A stretch of DNA of 64,000 nt from Octopus vulgaris (Eukaryota). Location: assembly GCA_951406725.2 (NCBI GenBank), contig OX597816.1, positions 166,098,001-166,162,000 of the forward strand, read 5' to 3'. The notes below the pieces were generated by a model. The model did no database searches. It had not been told where the DNA came from and worked only from the letters and a program-made list of their open reading frames with translations. Position numbers and translations under genes: made by a program. Positions 24,542 to 35,544 of the stretch are shown piece by piece (position 1 is the first letter of the stretch; every line of letters begins with the position of its first letter).

Positions 24542-25329
24542 AGAGTAATTTTGAAATATAAGCTACATGAAATATTTTATAATCTAAGGGAAGTAACTCT
24601 CGTAGAAGTATAAATAGATGGCTGTCAACACTAGAAGTCGTCGTGAACATCAGAAGAGCTGAGGTGTATTTTACGATGTTTTTGTATATCGCGGCAACAC
24701 TTTCTCCATACGTAGATGCAGTACATGAATATGGCGTCCGCTTGAGCCTTGTAGCGGTCCGGTAACTGGTTACAGCTGAAGTGTTTCCTGGTTCTAAACA
24801 TTCAAGACAGTTTTTGTCAATGATGTATATGTATTTTTCTTGTACTCTTGCTTTTACTATCTTCAGTTCGAGAGCTGCGGCCATGTTGGGGCACCGCCGT
24901 TTAGCCTTGCTACACTTTTACTACTTTAAACTGTCTCTAATATGCGGCGTTTGGTGAATGAGGGAGTTTGATGTCGCTTCCCTCGTCTGCGCTTCCTGCT
25001 GCGAGGGAGGTTCATCCGGAGCTCTTCACAAAAGGTGATCTTGTTTTGTTTTGAAGACACTTACGTCGGTGCCGTTCAAGAATTTAGACCTGGAGATCTC
25101 CATTTCCAGCGACTTCGAGGGGCACCTCCCAGTGGTGTCGGGCGTCAACGAAGAGCCCTCGACTACAACAAGACGACCAAAGTTTTTTTTTTTTTTCCCA
25201 AGGTCTAGGGTCTCCCGCCCGTAAGCCCTAGACCATCATCTAATCACCCGTTACCCGTCTTGTTGCTTAACAACAACAACAACAACAACAAAACAACAGC
25301 TCATGTCGGTATTTCGGGCTCTTTGGGAG

Positions 25330-25860
25330 GATATTGAAGAGCTGTAGGCTCTTGAAACCAAGCTGTTGCAGTATCTAGTCATGTATTCTGATGGCAATGT
25401 TGGCAATGTTAGCAATGCAATGGCACCCTGCTCTATTGTTTCGTAACTTTCAATACCAAAGTTTGGTACAAATGCTTCCAGGATTTTCCAAATGTGTATC
25501 ATTACATATCTTTTCCTCCTTCGTTCTAGGGAGTAGGGTCTGAACTTTATCAGCCTCTTCCAGTAGCTAATATGTGGCATTGAGAAAATCTTCTTCGTTT
25601 AGTTTCGCTGGATTGCTTTGAGTTCCGCTGTTAAGTTTACACTATGCGATGACCATAGTTGAAAGAAGTAGTCTAAATGGCTGAAGACAAATGTCCTCCA
25701 GAGGACCATCAAGTTTTATTGTTCTCCCGTTCTGAAAGTTCCGTGTGGCCAGGTGCCTGTATTTTATTGCCTACTCAGTAATATGTTCCTGGAAATATGG
25801 CTCGTTGCTTTAGTGAATGCCTAGGGCTTGCAATGATTTTGATTCAGGGATTGCAATCTC
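25330..25860 (-). mobile_element. CR1-clade LINE RT C-terminal fragment
   Basis: LWRTFVFSHLDYFFQLWS..ELKAIQRN and SYWKRLIKFRPYSLERRRKRYVMIHIWKIL. Confidence 0.8.
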
Positions 25861-26054
25861 TTTGTATATGTATGTGTAGATAGATAGAGAGATATATAGA
25901 GAGAGAGATTGTCAGACAGACATACACCCAGGTAGGTAGGTAGCTAGGTAGGTAGGTAGGTAGGTAGATACAAACACCCACACACACAAACACATACATA
26001 CATGTTTACGTCTTAAATTTTAAATGAATTTTAAATATATATATATATATATGC

Positions 26055-26143
<89 letters not shown>

Positions 26144-26802
26144 TATATATATCGACCAGACTAGCGGATGTGGTTATGTATCGCTAGTCACAATGTGCTT
26201 CCTCTCGATGTTGTAGGTTTTGAATGATGCCACCCCGCTATATGTAAAGATCAACGAGTGTTGTGAAGCCTAACATTTGTGGATGGTTTTAATTATGTTT
26301 TTTTCGTGTACAAGGCTGATATGTTATAAGAATGTTTTCCCTCAGTAACGACTGTGGTTTTCAATTCTGTTCAATGAGAGAGGTGGTCATGTTCTGATTC
26401 AAAATAATCTGTTCACAGAGACAACGAATGTTACCAGAGATATCTAGGTTGCGGTCAAAGGACGTTTGGTTTCATTTATTGACCTGAATGCCTCAAATGT
26501 CGAGAATACAAAGTGTGGGAATTTGAAAAGAAATCTTAGCTCACAAAACAACAGATTCCGCGTGTTTCACAGAATTGTTTGACGAGATCATTCTGATCGA
26601 AAGATGAGAAATGTTCGGGCCATTAGGTGGTTAAAATCGTTAGACGGTTCCCATACCAGGTTAAAGAGGTGTGTGTATATTATATATGTATATTGTATAT
26701 ATGTCTGCATGTGTGTGTACATATAGATGCAGATTCTCACACTTATACACACATGCATACATTCCTTAATCTGACATGAGAACCTTCTAGCGGCATCGAG
26801 TA

Positions 26803-26854
<52 letters not shown>

Positions 26855-26904
26855 GTGTGTGTGTGCGCGCGTGCGTGTGCGTGTGTGTGTGTGTGTGCGT
26901 GCGC

Positions 26905-26944
<40 letters not shown>

Positions 26945-26946
<2 letters not shown>

Positions 26947-27333
26947 CGCAGGAGTGGCTGTGTGTTTTGTAATTTGCTTACCAACTACATGGTTCCGAGT
27001 TCAGTCCCACTGCGTGGCACAATGGGCAAGTGTCTTCTATTATAGCCTTGGGCCGGCCAAAGTTTTGTGAGTGGATTTGGTTGAGTGAAACTGAAATAAG
27101 CCCGTCGTGTGTGTGTGTGTTTATATGTTTGTGTGTCTGTGTTTGTACCCCCAACATCGCTTGACATCCGATGGTGGTGTGTTTACGTTCCCGTAACATA
27201 GCGGTTCGGCATAAAGAGATGCTAGAATAAGTACTAGGCTTACAAGAATAAGTCCTGGGCTCAATTTGCTCGATTAAAAGGTGGTGCTCCAGCATGGCCG
27301 CAGTCAAATGACTGAAACAAATAAAAGAATAAA
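26945..27333 (+). mobile_element. SINE family C
   Basis: Head and tail match other copies. Confidence 0.85.
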
Positions 27334-27346
27334 GGTATATATATAT

Positions 27347-27425
<79 letters not shown>

Positions 27426-27431
27426 TAGATA

Positions 27432-27462
<31 letters not shown>

Positions 27463-27509
27463 CTGTATGTATGTATATTCTGCTGTTTGTTTCTTATTTC
27501 AGTCGTTAT

Positions 27510-27756
27510 ATTCAGGCAATGCTGGAGCAGCGCCTTAAAGAATTTTAGTCGGACAAATCGACCCCAGTACTTATTCTCTGTAATCGTAGTACTTATTCTG
27601 TTGGTGTCTTTTGATGAACCGCTAAGTTACGGGGACGTAGACACACCAGCGTCAGTTGTCAAGTAATGGTGGGGGAGGGACAAACACATGCAAACATAGA
27701 CATAGATGTATATACATACATACGTGTCACGAAGGCCATTTACGGGATCGTGCGTA
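27510..27756. repeat. Local direct duplication (partner 29650-29883)
   Basis: Near-identical minus-strand SINE-C 3' half plus non-SINE flank CGTGTCACGAAGGCCAT..CGTGCGTA. Confidence 0.85.
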
Positions 27757-28367
27757 CAACCTTCTCTCCTGGCAAGCAGATATTTGTATGTCATCAGAAT
27801 TCATTCCACCAGTTATCAGTGCCATCTCAGTAATATTTGGATGACGTGACGACAAATCATTAATCATTGTCATTCCCAATCACTCACGAATTAACCAGAA
27901 TTTTCTGATGAGGATAACATATAATTTCACATCTCTTCTCTGCTGGAGCTGAAACTAACACGACTCTCTTGGAAAGTATGTCTAGAGAGAGCCTTCCCCT
28001 CCATTGGTCAATTCAAGCTTAGGTTATGTCACGTGACAGTCAGCTGGCGCTGGCTGCTGGAGCCTATTGGCGAGTATTTGAAGGGAAATTTGGCAGGATG
28101 GTCATTCGCCTGCTGACATTCGTTGACGCTGCATCGAAGAAAGCAAAGAACAAAAGGCCAAAGGAAAAGAATAAGAAAAAAAAAACGCAATCAACACCAG
28201 AGCTAAAGATAACTCAGAAAGGGGGCGCCTCACCACGTAAAAACGGTAGAGGAGTAGGGGCCGAAACCGGACGTGGTTCCTCCTGATCATGTCCTTAGCC
28301 ACTGGATCCTATTAAGGAGCTGCTGAGGAAACGAACCATGGAAGTGGTTGGAATTTCTCCACACACA

Positions 28368-28377
28368 TGTGTATGTA

Positions 28378-28410
<33 letters not shown>

Positions 28411-28478
28411 TGTATGTATGTATGTATGTATGTATGTATGTATGTTATGTATGTATGTATGTATGTAATATATGTATG

Positions 28479-28517
<39 letters not shown>

Positions 28518-28755
28518 TATATGCATGTATGTAATATATGTATGTATGTGTGTATGTATGTTTGTATGTATGTAAAGTATGTATGTATGTATGTATGTAT
28601 GTATGCATGCATGTATGTATGTATGTATGTATGTATGTATGTATGTATGTATGTATGAATGCATGCATGCATGTATGTATGTATGTATGTAAAGTATGTA
28701 TGTAATGTATGTATGTATGTATGTATGTATGTATGTATGAATGCATGCATGCATG

Positions 28756-28787
<32 letters not shown>

Positions 28788-28944
28788 GTATGTATGTAAT
28801 GTATGTATGTAAAGTATTTATGTATGTATGTATGCATGTATGTATGTATGTATGTATGTATGTATGTATGTATGTATGTATGTATGTATGCATGAATGCA
28901 TGCATGCATGTATGTATTTATGTATGTAAAGTATGTATGTAATG

Positions 28945-28975
<31 letters not shown>

Positions 28976-28978
28976 GTA
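28368..28978. repeat. (TATG)n microsatellite with higher-order structure
   Basis: Interruptions GAATGCATGCATGC and TAAAGTATG..TAATG recur in order. Confidence 0.9.
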
Positions 28979-28994
28979 TAAAATTCCTGTTATA

Positions 28995-29415
28995 GATGCA
29001 AGCGTGGCCGTGTGGTAGGAAGCTTGCTTACCAACCACATGGTACTGAGTACAATCCCACTGCATGGCACCTTGGGCAAGAGTCCTCTTCTACAGCCCCA
29101 GGGCGGCTAAAGACTTGATTGGATTTGATAGACGGAAACTGAAAGAGGCTCGTCGTATGTGCATATGTGTGTGAATGTGTATCTATGTGTTTGTCCTCCA
29201 CGCCCCACCTCCACCACTTTACAAGCGGTGTCGATTTATCTACGTTCCCGTAACTTAGCAATTCGGCAAAACGATTCCGATAGAATAAGTACCAGCGTTT
29301 AAAAAGAATTAAGTACTGAGATTAGTTTGCTTTATTACTTGACTAAACCCTTCAAGATGGTACCCCAGCATGGCCGCAGTTCAAAGACTGAAGCAAGTAA
29401 AAGAAAAAATAAAAG

Positions 29416-29456
<41 letters not shown>

Positions 29457-29645
29457 GGTGTGTCTGTCCCCCCACCCCATCGCTTGACTACCGATGTTGG
29501 TGTGTCTACGTCCCTGTAACTTAGCGGTTCAGCAAAAGAAGCCGATAAAACAAGTACTGGGCTTAGAAGGAAAGTCCAGGGGTTGATTTGTTCGACTAAA
29601 GGCGGTGCTCCAGCATGAAGCACCACAGTCAAATGACTGAGACAT
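28995..29645 (+). mobile_element. SINE family C copy followed by a second 3' half
   Basis: Diverged head at 28995-29157; 3' halves at ~29180-29415 and ~29460-29645. Confidence 0.8.
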
Positions 29646-29880
29646 TAGATTCAGGCCATGCTGGAGCAGCGCCTTAACGAATTTTAGTCGGACAAATCGA
29701 CCCCAGTACTTATTTTTTGTAATCGTAGTACTTATTCTGTTGGTGTCTTTTGATGAACCGCTAAGTTACGGGAACGTAGATACACCAGCGTCAGTTGTCA
29801 AGTAATGGTGGGGGCACAAACACATGCAAACACAGACATAGATGTATATACATACATACGTGTCACGAAGGCCATCGTGC

Positions 29881-29925
<45 letters not shown>

Positions 29926-29926
<1 letters not shown>

Positions 29927-31437
29927 TAGCAGTATCGCCCGGCGTTGCTCGGGTTTGTAAGGGAAATAACTATATAAGCATTTTTAGAGAGTTACTTCCC
30001 TTATAGATGCCAATTCGGGCTTTCTTAGCCATTTCTGTTTTGGTGTCTTCAAGCCATGAAGTCGTTGTTCTAAAAGAACGCTGGTCTCCTTGACAACGCT
30101 TTACGACGTTGATTTCCTTACACTCCCTTCCCCACAGCTTCACGAGGGAGGGAAAAAGGGGGAGAAGCAAACAGGTGCAGGTGTGACCATGGACGCCAAC
30201 TCCGCCGCCATCGACACACGAAAAATTATGCATTAAAATGGAATAAAAAATGATGTTAAATTATTTTTAAAATCGTAGACTCATCGTAGATGCGCGCTAA
30301 TACTCAGACGGGCTCGATATGAATCACGACTATAAGATACCCGAATTTGGTTAAACTGCACCGCAAAATGTGGGAGTAGTTAGGAATCTAAATCGAAGGG
30401 GACAGACACTCACACAACTACAGTTTTATATATATAGACTAGCAGTATCGCCCGGCGTTGCTCGGGTTTGTAAGGGAAATAACTATATAAGCATTTTTAG
30501 AGAGTTACTTCCCTTATAAATTCGGGCTTTCTTAGCCATTTTTGTTTTGGTGTCTTCAAGCCATGAAGTCGTTGTTCTAAAAGAACGCTGGTCTCCTTCA
30601 CAACGCATTACGACGTTGATTTCTTTACACTCCCTTCCCCACAGCTTCACGAGGGAGGGAAGGGGGAGAAGCAAACAGGTGCAGCTGTGAGCGTGGACGC
30701 CAACTCCGCCGCCATCGACACACGATGCATTTTATGCATTAAAATGGAATAAAAAATGATGTTAAATTATTTTTAAAATCGTAGACTCATCGTTGACGCG
30801 CGCTAATAGTCAGACGGGCTCGATATGAATCACGACTATAAGATACCTGAATTTGGTTAAACTGCACCGCAAAATGTGGGAGGAGTTAGGAATCTAAATC
30901 GAAGGGGACAGACACTCACACAACTAGAGTTTTATATATATAGACTAGCAGTATCGCCCGGCGTTGCTCGGGTTTGTAAGGGAAATAACTATATAAGCAT
31001 TTTTAGATGCCAATTCGGGCTTTCTTAGCCATTTTTGTTTTGGTGTCTTCAAGCCATGAAGTCGTTGTTCTAAAAGAACGCTGGTCTCCTTCACAACGCA
31101 TTACGACGTTGATTTCTTTACACTCCCTTCCCCACAGCTTCACGAGGGAGGGAAGGGGGAGAAGCAAACAGGTGCAGCTGTGAGCGTGGACGCCAACTTC
31201 GCCGCCATCGACACACGATGCATTTTATGCATTAAAATGGAATAAAAAATGATGTTAAATTATTTTTAAAATCGTAGACTCATCGTAGACGCGTGCTGAT
31301 ACCCAGAAGGGCTCGATATGAATCACGACTATAAGATACCCGAATTTGGTTAAACTGCACCGCAAAATGTGGGAGGAGTTAGGAATCTAAATCGAAGGGG
31401 ACAGACACTCACACAACTAGAGTTTTATATATATAGA
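29926..31437 (-). mobile_element. Three head-to-tail non-autonomous Helitrons (29926-30438, 30439-30944, 30945-31437)
   Basis: Both internal junctions read TATATAGA|CTAGCAGTATCG, i.e. CTAG|TC on the element strand with no host bases between. Confidence 0.93.
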
Positions 31438-31552
31438 TATATATAACTTAAAATAACTTAGAAAGGTTTTGGCCAGTATTGGCCCAGGCCATGTCTAGCT
31501 TAATAGCACCACCTGGCAAAAGAGCTGCAACACGACGATATATATATATATC

Positions 31553-31938
31553 GTGGAGGCGCAATGGCCCAGTGGTTAGGGCAGCGGACTCGCGGTCATA
31601 GGATCGCGGTTTCGACCCCCAGACCGAGCGTTGATTGTGTTTATTGAGCGAAAACACCTAAAAGTTCCACGAGGCTATGGCAGGGGATGGTGGTGATCCC
31701 TGCTGTACTCTTTCACCACAACTTTCTCTCACTCTTACTTCCTGTTTCTGTTGTACCTGTATTTCAAAGGGCCAGCCTTGTCACTCTCTGTGTCACGCTG
31801 AATATCCCCGAGAACTACGTTAAGGGTACACGTGTCTGTGGAGTGCTCAGCCACTTACACGTTAATTTCACGAGGAGGCTGTTCCGTTGATTCGGATCAA
31901 CCGGAACCCTCGTCGTCGTAACCGACGGAGTGCTTCCA
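31553..31938 (+). mobile_element. Full-length SINE family B
   Basis: Near-identical to 21310-21693. Confidence 0.92.
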
Positions 31939-31950
31939 ATATATATATAT

Positions 31951-32294
31951 CACCTTGACCGACCACTCCTCTCTGGATCGCGCCTTTCTCATCCACGTGA
32001 TCCCAATAGTCCTCCTGAAATCGTAACTCCACCGTCGTGGAGGTCTTCCGGGTGGTCTTTTCCGCTCACGCGGGTACCACTCGACAGCTGCGCGTGTCCA
32101 CCGATTATCGGTGAGCCGGGCGACGTGTCCAGCCCATCTATACTTGCTGCGTGTATACTCTGCGATGACATCTCTCACGCCGGACTTCTTTCTGATGATC
32201 TCGCTACTCATGTGCTCTCTCAACGAGATTCCATGACTTTCCATGGCTCTTTGAGCCGTTACCAGTCTTTGCTCCTCTCTCTTTGTGGTAGCCC

Positions 32295-32297
<3 letters not shown>
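31951..32297 (-). mobile_element. RTE-clade LINE RT C-terminal fragment
   Basis: TWATTKREEQRLVTAQRAME..KYRWAGHVARLTDNRWT..WYPRERKRPPGRPPRRW, lying between (TA)n runs. Confidence 0.9.
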
Positions 32298-32377
<80 letters not shown>

Positions 32378-32537
32378 CGTATATTTGCCATTTGAATATA
32401 GCTAACCCCTAAGGGTGGATGCTACTGTAGTTTGTAGCCCCAGGAAGACACCTCCTCCAGCTGGCTATAGACACACTTTCTGTGTCCTATCAGTATTTGT
32501 GAAGGGAAGTCATCCTTTCCGTCTTCAACTTATGATA

Positions 32538-32582
32538 CACACGGACTCGAGTTTCAAGGTATTGACCTATCATCGGCGTGTG
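32538..32582 (-). ncRNA. Minimal type I hammerhead-like motif (U4C variant)
   Basis: CACACG-CCGAUGA-U-AGGU-caau-ACCU-U-GAA-ACUCGAGU-C-CGUGUG: 6-bp stem I, palindromic stem III, GUC site. Confidence 0.7.
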
Positions 32583-32715
32583 ACAATCATAGTTGTCGAC
32601 GAGAAGTCAGTTCCCCTCACAAATACATATACTTTTTCCAGTATCGATTGACACTGATATTGAAAAAGTGAAACCAAACTCGCTCTGAGATTTATCATAT
32701 ATATATATATATCAG

Positions 32716-32760
32716 GCTTGCTGATGAATACAGAGGTATGAAATCACAGGTGATACAAGT
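32716..32760 (+). ncRNA. Minimal type I hammerhead ribozyme
   Basis: GCUUG-CUGAUGA-AUAC-agag-GUAU-GAA-AUCAC-ag-GUGAU-A-CAAGU. All core residues and three stems are present; AUA site. Confidence 0.82.
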
Positions 32761-33026
32761 CTATATTTTTAAATGTCTTACTTTGGAGAATTGCATTCGG
32801 TGGGATTAGTAAAATATTTGGTAGAAATGACTAATTTTGTCCCTCTTAGCGTGTGGCATGTATGTATAATAATGCCCTCTATATATAAATTAATATGTTC
32901 AATAAGAAAGAATTATTTTCGAAATTTTTTCTCTTATGAGGTCTTTCACGCTATCTACCTGATAATTTCTTGTTAAGTTTTCCTTATTAAGAAGTTGTCC
33001 TTAATTGCTAAATATATATATATATA

Positions 33027-33505
33027 TCTATATATATAAAACTCTAGTTGTGTGAGTGTCTGTCCCCTTCGATTTAGATTCCTAACTCCTCCCACATTTT
33101 GCGGTGCAGTTTAACCAAATTCGGGTATCTTATAGTCGTGATTCATATCGAGCCCGTCTGACTATTAGCGCGCGTCAACGATGAGTCTACGATTTTAAAA
33201 ATAATTTAACATCATTTTTTATTCCATTTTAATGCATAAAATGCATCGTGTGTCGATGGCGGCGAAGTTGGCGTCCACGCTCACAGCTGCACCTGTTTGC
33301 TTCTCCCCCTTCCCTCCCTCGTGAAGCTGTAAAGAAATCAACGTCGTAATGCGTTGTGAAGGAGACCAGCGTTCTTTTAGAACAACGACTTCATGGCTTG
33401 AAGACACCAAAACAAAAATGGCTAAGAAAGCCCGAATTGGCATCTAAAAATGCTTATATAGTTATTTCCCTTACAAACCCGAGCAACGCCGGGCGATACT
33501 GCTAG
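33027..33505 (+). mobile_element. Non-autonomous Helitron (inverted relative to the concatemer)
   Basis: A|TCTATATATATAAAAC...CCCGAGCAACGCCGGGCGATACTGCTAG|T. Confidence 0.92.
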
Positions 33506-33628
33506 TGTATATATATAACTTAGAAAGGTTTTGGCCATACACAGACAACTTCAGCTTTATACAGAGAGAGATATGAGCGTTTACTTACACATACACACAT
33601 ACATACATACATACATACATACATACAT

Positions 33629-33659
<31 letters not shown>

Positions 33660-34060
33660 TACACACATACATGCATACATACACACATGCATACATACAT
33701 ACATACATACATACATACATACATACATACATACATACATACATACATACATACATACATACATACATACATACATACATACATACATACATACATACAT
33801 GTAGTAGAAAAATGAGATTTACACTAAAAATACGCATTCGGCAGCGTCGTTCAAAGGGAAATAACTTCTGACTTCCAAAGACTAGCGTCTAAGAAACTGA
33901 ATAGTAAATACATTTACGTGTGTATGTGAGTGTGCGCCTACGAATATCTCTAAAAGTACTTTTAAAAGAGATCGCTACAAGCGTGACTCGAGGTACTTGT
34001 GTTTCGTATGAAGTAACTTTTGCTACCCCTATATTAAACTTAGCAAATAAAAATAGTATA

Positions 34061-34460
34061 TCTTTATATATAAAAGTCAAGTTGTGTGTCTGTCTCCTAC
34101 GATTTAGATTCCTAACTACTCCCACATTTTGCGGTGCAGTTTAACCAAAACCGGGTATCTTATAGTCGTGATTCATATCGAGCCCTTCTGGGTATTAGCG
34201 CGCGTCTACGATGAGTCTACGATTTTAAAAAAAATTTACCATCGTTTTTTTCCATTTTAATGCATTTTTTCGCTATTATATAAGGGAAGTAACTCTCTAA
34301 AAATGTCTACGATGAGTCAACGACTTTTCAAAAAAATTTACCATCATTTTTTTTCCCATTTTTAATGCATTTTTTTGCTATTTTTTGGCTATAACTCTCT
34401 AAAAATGCTTATATAGTTATTTCCCTTACAAACCCGAGCAACGCCGGGCGATACTGCTAG
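34061..34460 (+). mobile_element. Non-autonomous Helitron
   Basis: A|TCTTTATATATAAAAG...GATACTGCTAG|T. Confidence 0.92.
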
Positions 34461-34687
34461 TATATATATATATTTATTATACATATATCATATATGTGTG
34501 TGTGTGCGTGTCTGTACAAAATTCAAATAAGTAATCATTTTCTTTCAAAAAATAATGATAAAGTGGCCTTCAAACATTCTCTGTGCATATTTACATATAG
34601 TAAGAGATACATGCTTTTTGGGGAGTTTTACTCTTCTTTCAAGCAAACAGGTACATATTCAATCCTGACTTTTAATATGTATGTCTG

Positions 34688-34721
<34 letters not shown>

Positions 34722-34770
34722 TGTATGTATGTATGTATGTATGTATGTATGTATATGCATAATATATATA

Positions 34771-35185
34771 TCATCATCATCATCGTAATTTAACGTCCGC
34801 TTTCCATGCTAACATGGGTTGGACGATTTGACTGAGGTCTGGCGAACCAGATGGCTGCACCAGACTCCAATCTGATCTGGCAGAGTTTCTACAGCTGGAT
34901 GCCCTTCCTTCCTAACGCGAACCATTCCGAGAGTGTAGTGGGTGCTTTTACGTGCCACCGGCACGAGGGCCAGTCAGGTGGTACTGACAACGGCCACACT
35001 CAAATGGTGCTTATTATGTGCGAGTTTGATTTTGATTTCGATTTCACTTGCCTCAACAAGTCTTTGCAAGCAGAGTTTAGTGTCCAATGAAGGAAAGGCA
35101 CGCATAAGTGGACTGGTTACAGCCCTAGCACATGGCACAAGGTTATGGTCTCACTTGTGCTTGCCGAGTATTCTCAAGCACAGCA
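34771..35185 (-). mobile_element. 5'-truncated RTE LINE 3' UTR
   Basis: (CAT)n-..TTAACGTCCGCTTTCCATGC..GGATGCCCTTCC..TTTTACGTGCCACCGGCAC. Confidence 0.8.
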
Positions 35186-35254
35186 TATATATATATATAT
35201 TTATATTTACATTTTCATTTATATTTATATATTGATTTTATTTGCTGCTAAAAA

Positions 35255-35295
<41 letters not shown>

Positions 35296-35544
35296 CTTTC
35301 ATCCAACAAATTTGATGCAAGTTTGGTTACAAGCCTGCTCCTAAGGCCAAATCTGTATCAGCCAGGTCCTCCTCCGCAATTCTCGCTCAGGTCTTCTTTG
35401 CCTCCTACATACTCCATATAGTTTTAATTTGAGAGAGGCTCTCACTAGTCACTTTGTAGCTATGTGTAACACATGGCTAAGCATCTTCCACCATCTTATG
35501 ACCATGGAATCTCATCAGTTACTCTGCCCATCTCTTCACATTAT

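Noticed and set aside
28026-28286. 86-aa Lys-rich ORF with GTCACGTGAC palindrome
   Set aside because: No recognisable domain or splice context; probably TE-derived; cannot be supported.
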